Shown here: one piece after another, positions 49,916 to 60,723 of the stretch
How the letters are laid out: every line of letters starts with the position of its first letter
Numbering within the stretch: the stretch's first letter is position 1
Source: an uncultured Chloroflexia bacterium
GTDB taxonomy: Bacteria > Chloroflexota > Limnocylindria > Limnocylindrales > CSP1-4
NCBI GenBank assembly: GCA_963809595.1
Contig: CAWEKG010000002.1
Span: 371,845-435,844, forward strand
Length of the DNA: 64,000 nt
Direction of reading: 5' to 3'
Notes under the pieces: generated by a model
Database searches by the model: none
Told to the model about the DNA's origin: nothing
Seen by the model: the letters and a program-made list of their open reading frames with translations, nothing else
Translations under genes and position numbers: made by a program

Positions 49916-50860
49916 CGTGTCGCCGCCGCGGACGGATCGATCGCGATGGCGGGGACCGGGCGGAGATCGCCGTCCCGCGGCCCGGCTCCGACTCGATGGC
50001 GAGCGAGCCCGCCACCCGGGCCACGCGCTGCCGCATGCCGTGGAGCCCGAACCCAGCGCCCGACGCGGTGGCGGGACGCCCGACGTCGAACCCGACCCCA
50101 TCATCGTGGACGTCCAGGACGACCTCGTCGCCCATATAGGAGAGCGTGATGCGCGCGCGTCCCGCCTGGGCGTGCTTGGCGATGTTCGCGAGCGCCTCCT
50201 GGGCCGTCCGCAAGAGCGTGACCTCGATCTCAGGATCGAGCGTGACCAGGTCGCCGGTGACCGTGACCTCGACCGGGACCGTCGTCCGATCGGACCACTC
50301 GCGCGCCACCTCGCGCAGCGCATCCGGGAGTGTCGCGGCAGCGAGGGGCGCGGGCAGCGCCCCCTCCACGGACCGGCGCGCCTCGGTCAGGCTCTCGCGG
50401 GCCAGTCGCTCGGCGTTCGCGAGGTGCCGGTCGTGCTCGTCGGGTCGGTCGTGCGCGTGGCGGGCCGCCTCGAATTGGGTGATGACGCCGGTCAGGCCCT
50501 GGGCGATCGTATCGTGGATCTCGGCCGCCATCCGCTGGCGCTCCTCCAGCACCCCGGCCTCCCGCGCCTGGGCCAGGAGCTGCGCGTGGAGGCCGGTGTT
50601 CTCGGCCAACGTCTGCTCGGACGCACGACCATCTCGCGACGCGCCTCGTTCTGCTCGGCGACCCGTTCGCCGAAGAACGTGCCAGCGCTGATGACCGCCG
50701 TCTGCACGACGATGATCACGAACCAGAACGTCCATGCCGTGGCTGTCTGCGGCAGTCCGGCGATCAGGGAGTTCACCAGGACCGACGTCACCGCGATCGC
50801 CGCGACGGCCACCGCGAACGGGCGGAGCACGGTCGCGTAGAAGAAGCCGGCGATCATCTG
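49912..50860 (-). pseudogene. HisKA_3 sensor kinase, 5' truncated and frameshifted
   Basis: ERQRMAAEIHDTIAQG, QEALANIAKHA, DDGVGF, GFGLHGMRQR; no N-terminus. Confidence 0.8.
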
Positions 50861-51279
50861 GGACATCTGGGCACCGTACTGGCCGCACCACGACGACGGC
50901 GGTCCCGTCTCTCACGGGATCAACGTGCTGCCCAAATACGTGCCATCGACGACGCTCAGGGACCCGGCCTGGCAGAACACGCACGTCATCGACGGCGGTG
51001 TCGAGGCGGCCGTGCGCGATCTCAAGGCGACACCCGGGCGCGAGCTCCAGGTCCATGGCAGCGGCGTCCTGCTGCGTTGGCTGCTGGAGCGGGACCTCGT
51101 CGACGAGCTGAAATCTGCTGTTCTTCCCGGTCGTCCTGGGCGACGGGCTGCGCCTCTTCCCGGAGCAGGGGCAGACGCACAACCTGACGCTGCTCGACTC
51201 CAGGGCGACGCCGTCCGGAGTGACGATCCAGACCTATCGACCGGCCGGGCGGGCGACATTCGGCGACGCCGGGGAGTGA
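50859..51279 (+). pseudogene. RibD C-terminal/DHFR-like protein, 5' truncated
   Basis: WAPYWP, PKYVPSTTL, QVHGSG, LVDE, PVVLGDGLRLF; N-terminus absent. Confidence 0.8.
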
Positions 51280-51345
51280 CGGGGCCGGCTGGAAGGGCGA
51301 CGCGCAGCCAGGACGGGCTCGCGGAACAGCAGTTGGCCCGCTGCT

Positions 51346-52260
51346 AATGGACGTTCGTACATGCGGCTTGTGACGTCTCGGCCGCCGATCGGCCGGGAGG
51401 TGGGCGTAGTCGAGCGTCGCCTGATCGATGCGCAGGTCCCGAGCCACGATCCCGTTCGGGCAGGACGCGTTACGGCGGACCGCAGGACAAGCGCTCGGTC
51501 CTACGCTGTCGACCGGCCCGTCGATGCGTGGACTCGGGCAGGCCCGCGAGCAGCCCGTCGTCGAGCTCGATCGAGGCCGGAAGCGGAAGCGCTGCTCGGG
51601 GTCGGCGCGGGCCACGATGCCGGCCGGATGTCGACGCGACCACGCGACCGTCCCGGAACACGGCGACCCGGTCGGCGAGCCGCTCGGCCTCCTCCATGAG
51701 GTGGGTGACAGGAGGACCGTGACGCCCTGGTCGCGCATCGTCTCGACGACACGCCAGGTCTCGCGGCGTGCGTGCGGGTCGAGGCCCGTCGAGAGCTCGT
51801 CGAGGATCGCGACCCGCGGCCGCCCGACGAGGGCAGGGCGATCGAGAGGCGCTGCTTCTGGCCGCCCGACAGGTAGCGGAATGCGGTGTCGCGACGGTCG
51901 GCGAGGTCGAGGTCGTCGAGGAGCCGGGCCGGATCCACCGGCGCGGCGTAGAACGACGCGAACAGATCGAGCGCCTCACCTGGCGTCATCCGCTCTGGGA
52001 GCTCGCTCTTCCTGGAGCTGCACTCCCACGAGGGTCCGCAGGGGATCTCGGTCGTCCCGAGGGTGGTGACCGAGGACGCGGATCGCACCGCCATCCGGCG
52101 TCCGCAGACCGGCGATGGACTCGACGGTCGTTGTCTTGCCCGCACCGTTCGGGCCGAGGATACCGAAGATCTCGCCTTCCTGGACCGCGAACGAGACGCC
52201 GTCCACGACGAGGCGGTCGCCGTATCGCTTCTTGAGGTCGGTGACTTCGATCACGTTCAC
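51346..52260 (-). CDS. ABC ATP-binding protein, heavily frameshifted
   Basis: [31 protein letters not shown]. Confidence 0.8.
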
Positions 52261-52772
52261 GCCGGTCGGCTCCCTGTGTCGGTCTGCTTCGTCCCGCGCC
52301 ACGGATCGCCGGGTGCTCGGGCGTACTGCCGCCACACGTGGTCCCACGGGGTGACGGCGATGACCACGACCACGAGTGCGACGCTGAGCAGTGTCCTGCC
52401 GAAGGCCGGATCCCCGTCGCCGGTGCGGAGGTGGGGGAGGGCCACCGTCGCAAGCCACAGCAGCTTCCAGATCGACTCCAAGAGGAGCAGGGGGATCAGC
52501 TTGATGGGATAGCGCAGGCCCAGGAAGGCCAGCAACGACATCGCCGTCAGCATCGCGGTGACGATGCCGTCCATGAGGGGCAGCGCTGCTGGGTCATGCA
52601 GCATGACGGACCACTTGGTGACGGCGAGGCCGACCCCCATGATGAGGTAGCCGGCGCGCATCAGGTTGACCCGGTAGATGGGGAGCGTCCCAGGCCGGAC
52701 GGTCCGAGGATCGACGACACGCGGATGGCTGTTGGTCGTGAGGACGCGCTGGGCGTCGGTGATGGTGCTCAT
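52257..52772 (-). CDS. Conserved 4-TM membrane protein
   Basis: [27 protein letters not shown]. Confidence 0.8.
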   Translation of the reverse strand: MSTITDAQRVLTTNSHPRVVDPRTVRPGTLPIYRVNLMRAGYLIMGVGLAVTKWSVMLHDPAALPLMDGIVTAMLTAMSLLAFLGLRYPIKLIPLLLLESIWKLLWLATVALPHLRTGDGDPAFGRTLLSVALVVVVIAVTPWDHVWRQYARAPGDPWRGTKQTDTGSRPA

Positions 52773-52853
52773 GCGATGCAGCATCCACCGCCGCCGGGTC
52801 CGCTGGCATCGGACGATGCGCCAGCCTCGCGGCAACACTCGGTCGAGGGGAGG

Positions 52854-52869
52854 TCAACCGTTCGGTGGA
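52854..52869. promoter_or_regulatory. 7-2-7 inverted repeat, candidate NarL-family binding site
   Basis: TCAACCG-TT-CGGTGGA upstream of the membrane protein-ABC operon. Confidence 0.55.
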
Positions 52870-52947
52870 TGCCGGGGTAGGGCCGGCGGCGTCGGTCGAA
52901 TGCCAGCCTGCCGTTCGACTTGGGCCATCATCGCCGCTGGCGCGTCC

Positions 52948-53705
52948 TCACCGCGCGACGGCCTGGGCGTAGAACACGCATCCCGCAGCGCCGGCGTGCG
53001 CCATCACGGTGACCGTCGCGACGTGGCCATCGGGCAGGGCGTCGGTGACCGTCACGACGCGGTCGGTCGCCGGTCGAGGGGGGCAACGTAGAAGCCGCGC
53101 TCGCGGCGATCGACGCGTATGTCGTGCCGCCGACCGCGTCGGCGTGCCACGCATCCGCCACCCCGCCCGACCCGTTGCGCCAGAACAGCCGGTAGTTCGG
53201 GACCCCGCCGGAGCCACAGCTCCCCTCGATCGACCCGAAGCCCGTGACGGAGAGGATCGCGCCGTTCCCGCTGTTGAGCGGCTCGGTCAGCCTCCCGCGA
53301 AGGAGCAGCTGGGTGGTGCCCGCCGGGGCCTGGACGAAGCCGGTGCGGGGAGACTCCACCTAGGCGTGGCCGCGTCGACCGGGTCAGCCGTCCTGCGGAA
53401 GTCGCTGGAGTCGAGGCCGTCGAGGCGGTCGACGTTCAGGTTCGCGACCTTGGTCGACGAGGTGACAACCATCGGAGCCGTGCCCGCCTTCGTGGACAGC
53501 CGAAGGGCAGGGCCTGATCCCAGGTTCGTGACCTTGAGCAAGCTCGACGACACGTTCGCCGGAGGGACGTCGCGTTGTTGACGGTGTTCGTCCGGCCGAG
53601 GTGGAACACGCCACCGATGCCAGTGCCGGCGATGGTGGTGGCCGGTCCCGCCACGGCGACGAGCACGGCGCCGACGACGGCACCGCGGAGAAACTGGACG
53701 CGCAT
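52948..53705 (-). CDS. Secreted hypothetical protein, frameshifted
   Basis: Signal peptide MRVQFLRG..., KVANLNVDRLDGLDSSDF motif. Confidence 0.6.
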
Positions 53706-54019
53706 CGGGTGCCCTCCCAAGGCTGACGAACTGGGCGCGACCACGCCCGGATAACTGCGGATCATGGGCGCCGGCGATGGGGCGTCAACGATCAATCCGC
53801 GGCCCAGGAGGCTGCGCGCGGGTCTCCAGGATTCCGTCTCGCGGCCGCAGTGCGCCGCGATCAGCGATGCTCTCAATCCGAGCAAACGACGCGTCCCCAG
53901 CCGACCTCCTGGACGTTGACGATCCGTCACGCCGGTTGCGCTGTCCCGCAAACGCGACGCCGGCTTCTAGGACGCTTCCGCGGGACTTCACTGGCCGCGC
54001 AGACGACGCACTTGCGTAA

Positions 54020-54047
54020 CGCGGACATAACTCACCTTATCGGAAGG
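54020..54047 (-). other. dif-like XerC/XerD recombination site
   Basis: Minus strand CCTTCCGATAA-GGTGAG-TTATGTCCGCG (11-6-11) in a ~460 bp non-coding gap. Confidence 0.65.
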
Positions 54048-54171
54048 AGTTGGCCAGCCACAAGACGAGGGCGTTCGCGGCGACTCGCGCTACAGCTCGC
54101 CCGGTCCGATCGTCCTGACGAGGTGCTCCGCTCCGCGCGCCAGCCGGCCATCGACCGTCAGGAGCGTGAAG

Positions 54172-54999
54172 TCAGGCGGCCGTGCGGCAGGCCAGGTAGA
54201 CGTAGAGCGGCAGATCGAGCGCGACGTGGACGGCGATCGGCAGGAGCAGCGACCGCGTCCGGATCGTGATGAGCCCGGCGATGAAGCCGCCGGCGGCCAG
54301 GGCCGCGATGACGGGCCCGGGTGAGCCCACGAAGTCGGGGCCGCCGTGGGCGAAGCCGAAGACGACCGACTGGAGGACGAGCGCCGGCGCCAGCCCGACC
54401 ACCCTGGCGGTCCAGCCCATGAGGACGCCTCGATAGGCCGTCTCCTCCATGACCCCGTTCGAGACCGCGAAGATCAGCGCCGGCACGAGGGCCAGCGGGT
54501 CGGACAGGTCCAACCCGAACGAGCCGAAAAACGGCCGGGCCAGGGTCGGACCAAGCAGCAGCCCGAGCGGACCGAAGACGATGAACCCCGCGACGCTCAG
54601 CCGGACGACGGTCTTCGACGGCCGGCGCCACCACAGGCTGGCCGCCGGCGCGTGGAGGGTCCAGGCCAGCACGACCACGGCGCCGAGGACCAGGACGGCC
54701 TCGGCCAGCCGCCACAGGGCGGGCGGCGAGAGCGGGCTGGCGCAGTCCGCACCGAGCGGATCGGCGGCCGGTGGCACGATGAGCCCCCACGACAGGCTCA
54801 GGGCGACCGGGACCGTGGCGGCCCAGGCCCAGCGGACGGGGGCCTGCCGACGGATCCCGACGAGGGTCCCGGCGATCGCTGCGATCAGGACGAGGGGGCG
54901 GACCTCGCGGACACCGGCCCCCAGGATCAGGAGGGCGATCGGCAGCAGGGCGCGGGCCGATGCGGCGGGATCGCGCGGCAGGAGCGCCCGGGTGGTCAC
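54172..54999 (-). CDS. CPBP (CAAX-like) intramembrane metalloprotease
   Basis: EETAYRG, FGFAH, HVALD. Confidence 0.9.
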   Translation of the reverse strand: MTTRALLPRDPAASARALLPIALLILGAGVREVRPLVLIAAIAGTLVGIRRQAPVRWAWAATVPVALSLSWGLIVPPAADPLGADCASPLSPPALWRLAEAVLVLGAVVVLAWTLHAPAASLWWRRPSKTVVRLSVAGFIVFGPLGLLLGPTLARPFFGSFGLDLSDPLALVPALIFAVSNGVMEETAYRGVLMGWTARVVGLAPALVLQSVVFGFAHGGPDFVGSPGPVIAALAAGGFIAGLITIRTRSLLLPIAVHVALDLPLYVYLACRTAA

Positions 55000-55976
55000 C
55001 CGGCGGGGGTTGGCGCCACGTTGCTGCCGGTGACGATGACGAGGGCCGGCCCGGCACCACCCTCGTCGGCCAGGAGACCGGCCCAGGACGCCGCGGCGGC
55101 ACCCTCCACGGTGATCCCGAGCGCGTCGCCGAGCTCGGCCTGCGCGGCGTGGAGGGCAGCCTCGCTCACCAGGCGCATCTCGTCGACCCGGCCGACCATC
55201 ATCGCGAGCGCCTCAGGCACGGGGACCCGGGTCGCGATCCCCTCGGCGAAGGTCACGGCGGTCTCGGTCTCGATCGGCCGGCCGGCCTGCCACGACCGGG
55301 TCATCGAGGGCGCCGCCTCGGACTGGATGCCGACGATCCGGCAATCGGGCGCGGCGGACCGGAGCCAGGCGCCGACCCCCACGATGAGCGCCCCGTTCCC
55401 GACCGGCACGAAAGCCGCGGCGGGGGCGGGCAGCGCTCCGGCGGCGACCCCGTCGGTCACCTCCACCGCCAGCGTCCCGGCGCCGGTGGCCACCCTCGGC
55501 TCCTCACCGTCGACCAGGAGGAAGCCACCCGTCTCGCGGGCATGGACCGCGGACGCCTCGCGGGCGGCATCGAAGTCGCGGCCGGCCTGGATGACGGTCG
55601 CCCCGAAGCTCCGGATCCGGTCGAGCTTGCGTGGGTTGGCATGCTCGTCGGCGAAGACCACGGCGGGGATCCCGAAGGCCCGGCAGGCATAGCCGACACC
55701 CTGACCGAAGTTGCCGGTCGAGGCCGCCACGAGCGGGCGATCGGGTCCCACCCGCCCCTCCCCCGCCAGCTCGCGGACCGCGAACCAGGTCCCGCGACCC
55801 TTGAACGCCCGGATCGGGTTGACCGTCTCGACCTTGACGATGACCGGCCGCCCGGCTCGCTCCGAGAGTCGATCGCTGAGGTACTGCGGCGAACCGGTGA
55901 AGACCGGGTCGATCGCGGCGATCGCCGCCCGGATGGCGTCGGGTCCGAGGGGGTCGTCGTGCTGGAGGTCGCTCAT
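54996..55976 (-). CDS. PLP-dependent threonine/serine dehydratase family protein
   Basis: AFKGRG, STGNFGQG, PVGNGAL, TGSN. Confidence 0.9.
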   Translation of the reverse strand: MSDLQHDDPLGPDAIRAAIAAIDPVFTGSPQYLSDRLSERAGRPVIVKVETVNPIRAFKGRGTWFAVRELAGEGRVGPDRPLVAASTGNFGQGVGYACRAFGIPAVVFADEHANPRKLDRIRSFGATVIQAGRDFDAAREASAVHARETGGFLLVDGEEPRVATGAGTLAVEVTDGVAAGALPAPAAAFVPVGNGALIVGVGAWLRSAAPDCRIVGIQSEAAPSMTRSWQAGRPIETETAVTFAEGIATRVPVPEALAMMVGRVDEMRLVSEAALHAAQAELGDALGITVEGAAAASWAGLLADEGGAGPALVIVTGSNVAPTPAG

Positions 55977-56033
55977 CGAGCGATGATGCCACGCCCCGGC
56001 GGGGCCGACCCGTAGGGAACGCGGCCGATCCGG

Positions 56034-57683
56034 TCAGCCGGTGATGCCGGAGACCCCGATCGGGAGCGGCTCGTCCTCGCTCCCGGCCTCGTCGGCGGAT
56101 GCGCCTGTCGTCGCTCCGCTCGCCGCGGCGGAGCCGGCGGGCAGCTCCGCCCGGTGGCGCTCCACGAGGTCCGGGATGATCTCGGCCCATTCGTGCCCGA
56201 CCACTCGGATCCGGACCCGCCAGACGTTCGCCATGGCCGTCTCGAGGATCTCTCGCTCCCGGACGCGGAGGGCGTCGTGATCGAGTCCGCCGACGACCAG
56301 CATCGGCGCGAACGAGGCGAAGGGTGGGAAGGTGTAGGCGTCGTCGGTGTTCTCGAGGAGGCGATCGATCGTCAGCTCGAAGGACGGCTCCTCGGCCAGC
56401 GGCGGGGTGCCGCGCTCCATGAGGATGACCGTGTCGATCGGCGCCCGGTCGGTCTGGTCGCAGTCGATCAGCGACTGGACGTGGTACTTGGGCGGCGGGA
56501 TGAGCAGCTGGACCCAGGCGTTCGTCGTGACGATCGGCACGTTCATCCGGCCGAGGGCGTGCCCGGCGGAGCGTCCGCCCTTCGAGTGGACCCGGCTCCG
56601 GATCGCCAGCATGAACCGGTCCGCCCTGGGCAGGGCCCGATCGTTGACCGCGCTCATCGTGTGCGAGCTCAGGGTCATCGGCTTGGGGTAGCTCAGGATC
56701 TCGCCACCCGGGGTGATGATCGCCATGTCGTCGGAGATGAAGCCCCAGCTGCGCTTCATGAGCAGACGCAGGACCGTGCTGGTCTTGCCGGTGTCGGTCT
56801 GGGCCGACATGATCACCGCCCCCTGCTCGGCGTCGATCGCCGCGCAGTGGAGCAGGACATACCCGCGCGACACGAGCATGAATCGCAGGAGCGGCTCGAC
56901 CATGTTCGTGTACAGGACGTGGTGGGACCAGGTCAGCAGCCAGTTGGCGTCGAGCTCGACCTTCGACCCGATCGCGACGTCGAAGGCCGCCGACAGGGCC
57001 CCGAAGTGCTCGCGATATCGGATCGTGCCGTCGGCGCCCTTGACCGTCGAGACGTGGAGACGCGGTCCCCCGCCGATGAACCGGCGCCGGATGACGATGT
57101 CCGGGTCCACCCGGTGGGCCACGTTGAACGAGGCCAGCTCGGGCAGGTGGACGGTGGAGGTGATCCGGATGATCCCGTGGACGTCGTACTGGTAGGAGCC
57201 GTCGAGCGGCACCTGGTCCCGCCGGTCGCGGCCGGCCCAGATCCAGTTGTCGGCGACGAGGTAGCGGATCCCGAAGGTCAGCCCGATCGCAACGAGGTTC
57301 GAGACCAGGTAGTAGACCCCGACGAGCTCGGTCAGCACATACAGGGTCGGCAGGCGGATCAGCTGGGTCGCCATGTTCAGGATGTTGAACGTGATGTAGC
57401 GCCACAGGATGTGGCCGCCGACCTCACGCCCGCGGAAGACCCACAGCTCGGTCAGGACGAAGTTGTTGAGAGTCGAGACCTGGGACGAGAGGATCGCCGC
57501 CGGCAGGAGCGGGACGGCCAGGTAGTCGACCAGCGCGAAGAGGGCGATCTGGTTGACGAAGATCCCGACGATGCCGACGACGGCGAACTTCGAGGGGCTG
57601 AGGAGGGACCGGAAGAGACGCCGGACCCGCGGCCGGCGGTGCCAGCGAGTGGGTCGCTCACCCTGCGATTCGAGCTGCGTGAC
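56034..57683 (-). CDS. GtrA domain fused to an HprK-like P-loop domain; start uncertain
   Basis: KFAVVGIVG...NNFVLTELWVF GtrA upstream of the ORF-track start; LHCAA, TDTGKT, ISDD. Confidence 0.75.
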   Translation of the reverse strand, partial: VTQLESQGERPTRWHRRPRVRRLFRSLLSPSKFAVVGIVGIFVNQIALFALVDYLAVPLLPAAILSSQVSTLNNFVLTELWVFRGREVGGHILWRYITFNILNMATQLIRLPTLYVLTELVGVYYLVSNLVAIGLTFGIRYLVADNWIWAGRDRRDQVPLDGSYQYDVHGIIRITSTVHLPELASFNVAHRVDPDIVIRRRFIGGGPRLHVSTVKGADGTIRYREHFGALSAAFDVAIGSKVELDANWLLTWSHHVLYTNMVEPLLRFMLVSRGYVLLHCAAIDAEQGAVIMSAQTDTGKTSTVLRLLMKRSWGFISDDMAIITPGGEILSYPKPMTLSSHTMSAVNDRALPRADRFMLAIRSRVHSKGGRSAGHALGRMNVPIVTTNAWVQLLIPPPKYHVQSLIDCDQTDRAPIDTVILMERGTPPLAEEPSFELTIDRLLENTDDAYTFPPFASFAPMLVVGGLDHDALRVREREILETAMANVWRVRIRVVGHEWAEIIPDLVERHRAELPAGSAAASGATTGASADEAGSEDEPLPIGVSGITG

Positions 57684-57776
57684 GGGTCCCTCGGTGCGCT
57701 GGCGGGTCCGCCGAATGGTACCGGAGCGGCGATCGGGGCGTCAAAGCCGGCGGCGGGAGCCCACCGGTCGCCCGGA

Positions 57777-59963
57777 TCAGCGTCCGGCGAGGACCCGGAG
57801 CCGGGCCAGCGACGCCTCGACCGACGGATCGGTCCGGGTCGGGACGACGCGCTCCAGCAGGGTCCGGGCGACCTCGACCGGCGGCGCCGGCTGACGCTCG
57901 AGGAAGGTGACCAGGCGGTCGAGCGCGTCCGGTGCCATGTACAACCGCCGGCTATCGAACGAGACCCGGGAGGGGTCGATCTTGAAGACGTAGCTGTCGA
58001 GGGGTTCGTGGCCGGGGACCGGGAACGTCCAGTGGGCGACCTGCTCGATCCCCGTGCTCGAGGCAAGCGCGGGGATGATCGTGCCGGCAGCCGTCGACAG
58101 CCCGGTCGTGTAGACCCAGTACTGGACACCGCCCGCCCCCAGCTGGCGCTCCAGCCAGGCGGCTCGGTAGGCCTGATACTCGTTCACGTTGCGCGGGGCG
58201 GTGTCCACCGCGATCCAGTCGTCGGCCGGGTCCTCGCCGACCCGGATGAGACCCTCCGGCGCCGCCGGATCGGCGATCGCGATCCGCGCCCGGACCTGGA
58301 CCGCCTCGGCGCGGCCGCGCAGCCCGAGGGCCATCTCGTACCCCAGGAACGAGGGGAAGGCGACCTTCGCGCCCGGCGGGACGTTGTCCTGGAGCCAGCG
58401 CGTGACCGTCGTCACCGCGATGCCCCGTCCCAGGGAGTCGGGCTGGGTCCGCCGGACATGGACGGTCAGCGTGGCCGTGGCGACAACGAGCGCGATGACG
58501 AGCATCGCGTCGACCGCCAGGTCGGGCAGGCGGATCCGCTCACCTCGGCCGGTGCGTCGCACGAGCCAGGGAAGCGATCCGACGGCCGCCCCGACCACGG
58601 CCCCACCGATCGCGGCGCGGGTGGTCCAGCTCGGACCGACCATGTTCGCGGCTACCAGACCCGCCGCCAGCCCGATGAGACCACCGATCGGAACGAGCAG
58701 GAGCGGCGGCCGGACCACGACCAGGCGCTCGACGGCCCAGATCGCCCCGACCGAGGCGATCCCGACGAGGATCGCGATCTGGGCCAGGTAGTTCCGGGGT
58801 GGCTCGCCCACCGCGATCACCAGGAGGATGAGCGGCGCCGCGCACAGGGTCGCAAGGAAGAGGTCCGCGATCGCCTGGCGCTGGGCCGGGTCACGGAGCC
58901 GGAAGAAGGCCACCACACCCAGCAGGACGCCGACGATCCCGAACACCGCCACCGTCCGGAACGGCACGAGCCAGGTCGCCGCGTACGCCCGGAACTGGAC
59001 CAGGTCGATGAGGGGCCCTCCCTTGAGCCGGGCGGTCCGGGCGAAGACGAGGGTGAGCAGAACGAACCAGGCGAACGCCGACCCCCAGGCGAGGAACGCT
59101 CGGCCGTGGCGCTGCCAGAACGACGGCGCGGCCTCGGTGGCTCGGCGGGCGATGGCCCGCCCGGTCGAGCTCGCCGCCAACCGACCGGCGCTGAGCCCGA
59201 GGACGACCGCCAGGACGATTCCCGCCGTCAGGGGGAGCAGCGTCCAGACGGGCGAGTCGAGTCGGTAGACCCGGTGGCCCAGGACGGCGTACATCGCGAA
59301 CCACCACGACAGCCCGATCGAGGCCACCAGCAGGGTCCAGGCGCCGACCCGGGCGAGGATCACCCAGGGCCGGCGCCACAGGACACCGGCCACGAACGGG
59401 ATCGGCGCGAACGGGAGCGCCACCTCCTTGACCAGGAACGCGACGGCGAAGGTCAACCCCGCGGCGATCGCCCAGCGCGTCGAGCCGCGACGCACGGCCT
59501 CGAACCCGATGACGACGTAGAGGAGGGCGAGGGCCGCTGCCGGGACGTCGAGCCGGGCGGTCCGCGAGAGATCATGGAGGTACGGGATCGCCAGGATCCC
59601 GGCGGCGGCGAGGCCGCCCGCGGCCGGCCGGACTCGCCAGCCGAGCAGGCCACCCAGCCCGACGACGGCCGCCCCGCTGATCGCCCCGAGCAGTCGACCC
59701 CAGGCCCACGGATCGATCCCCAGCAATGCGTCGGGTGCCGCGAGGACCCCTGACCACAACGGTGAATGGGGGATGAAGGTGGCCCCGAAGACGGTCGTGG
59801 GACCGAGCCCGGCCCAGAGGCTGTAGCCGACCCCGAGGTACTTCTGTTCGTCGAAGCTCGGATAGAAGCCCGGCACCGCCAGCGCGAGAGCCAGGAAGAC
59901 CACGACGGAACTGCCGAGCACGACGGCGGACAGGCGGCGCTCGGAGGGCAGGTCAAGAGGCAC
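57777..59963 (-). CDS. ArnT/PMT-like GT-C glycosyltransferase
   Basis: FDE loop, HSPL, ARLD, FLVKE, many TM helices. Confidence 0.8.
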   Translation of the reverse strand: MPLDLPSERRLSAVVLGSSVVVFLALALAVPGFYPSFDEQKYLGVGYSLWAGLGPTTVFGATFIPHSPLWSGVLAAPDALLGIDPWAWGRLLGAISGAAVVGLGGLLGWRVRPAAGGLAAAGILAIPYLHDLSRTARLDVPAAALALLYVVIGFEAVRRGSTRWAIAAGLTFAVAFLVKEVALPFAPIPFVAGVLWRRPWVILARVGAWTLLVASIGLSWWFAMYAVLGHRVYRLDSPVWTLLPLTAGIVLAVVLGLSAGRLAASSTGRAIARRATEAAPSFWQRHGRAFLAWGSAFAWFVLLTLVFARTARLKGGPLIDLVQFRAYAATWLVPFRTVAVFGIVGVLLGVVAFFRLRDPAQRQAIADLFLATLCAAPLILLVIAVGEPPRNYLAQIAILVGIASVGAIWAVERLVVVRPPLLLVPIGGLIGLAAGLVAANMVGPSWTTRAAIGGAVVGAAVGSLPWLVRRTGRGERIRLPDLAVDAMLVIALVVATATLTVHVRRTQPDSLGRGIAVTTVTRWLQDNVPPGAKVAFPSFLGYEMALGLRGRAEAVQVRARIAIADPAAPEGLIRVGEDPADDWIAVDTAPRNVNEYQAYRAAWLERQLGAGGVQYWVYTTGLSTAAGTIIPALASSTGIEQVAHWTFPVPGHEPLDSYVFKIDPSRVSFDSRRLYMAPDALDRLVTFLERQPAPPVEVARTLLERVVPTRTDPSVEASLARLRVLAGR

Positions 59964-59992
59964 GGTCGGCCGTATGGTAGCGCCCGTCGGGG

Positions 59993-60384
59993 GGGACAAC
60001 GAAACGCCCGAAGGAACCACTCGGTCCGTCGGTCCGTCTCCGCCGATGCAAGCACCTGCGACTCGGTCTCCGGCGAGCCCCGGTCCGTAGCTTTCGCCGC
60101 TGATGCAAGCACCTGCGACGCCGCTCTCGGTCCGTCATGGCCCCTTCGGGCAAGACCTACAGTACGGCCCCGTCGTCGTCCCTGGCTACGGGGTTATCCA
60201 CGAACTTGGGGTCCGCTCCGAGGAATCTGCGCTCGTTCTCCACGGTCCGTCCACGAGGCCGGGTCCGGGGACCCGGGCGGGGAGCTCGCGATCAGGGCTC
60301 CAGGGGCCACTCGGCGGGTTCGAGCAGGATCGGCAGGCCACGCCGGTCGAGGACGAGGGGGGTCGCCGTTCCGGCGGCGGGGGG
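59993..60384. repeat. ~390-bp direct repeat, copy 1 (copy 2 at 60721-61110)
   Basis: Near-identical at offset 728; differs near 60271-60280 vs 60999-61007; includes the 3' end of the 61019-61594 gene. Confidence 0.95.
59996..60151 (-). ncRNA. Putative structured sRNA, long form, copy 1
   Basis: TACTGT -10; 5' GCCCGAAGGGGCCA pairs with 3' UGGUUCCUUCGGGC plus U-rich tail; two CUUG hairpins; four ACGGACCG. Confidence 0.7.
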
Positions 60385-60385
60385 C

Positions 60386-60482
60386 ACAACGAAACGCCCG
60401 AAGGAACCTCCGGTCCGGCCGTCGAGTCCGCTGATGTCGCCACCTGCGATCTCAAGACGTCGGTCCCTTGGCCCCTTCGGGC
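60386..60482 (-). ncRNA. Putative structured sRNA, short paralog
   Basis: Same promoter, closing stem and tail; one hairpin with GCGA tetraloop; two GGACCG. Confidence 0.7.
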
Positions 60483-60524
60483 AAGACCTACAGTACGCCG
60501 GAGCGACCGGTGGCCGCTACCGGG

Positions 60525-60586
60525 TTATCCACGAGCTTCCCTGACAACAGGCCGTTTCTCGGGTGGTTATCCACCGCTCGCCCACC
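60525..60586. promoter_or_regulatory. DnaA-box-like array upstream of an sRNA promoter (equivalents at 60194-60255 and 60922-60983)
   Basis: TTATCCACG 60525, TTATCCACC 60567, TCGCCCACC 60578. Confidence 0.6.
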
Positions 60587-60723
60587 GAACCGCGCTCGAG
60601 GTCGATCGGGGATGGTCGGGGCCCGGCCAGGCCGGCCCGGACCAGGGTCCGATCGGCGGCGCGCCTGGACGGTCGCCCCATCCCCTCCCCCGACGGGCGC
60701 CCCCGCCCGCCCCGTCGGCGGGG

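Noticed and set aside
5430-53705. Many frameshifts as programmed frameshifting or mass pseudogenisation
   Set aside because: They hit conserved genes (murC, ABC ATPases), are often compensated within short distances, and show no in-frame stops or shared slippery sites; long-read indel errors are more likely
56154-59753. 1199-aa ORF and other long antisense or alternate-frame ORFs in the track
   Set aside because: Shadow ORFs of real genes caused by stop-codon scarcity at high GC; no recognisable motifs
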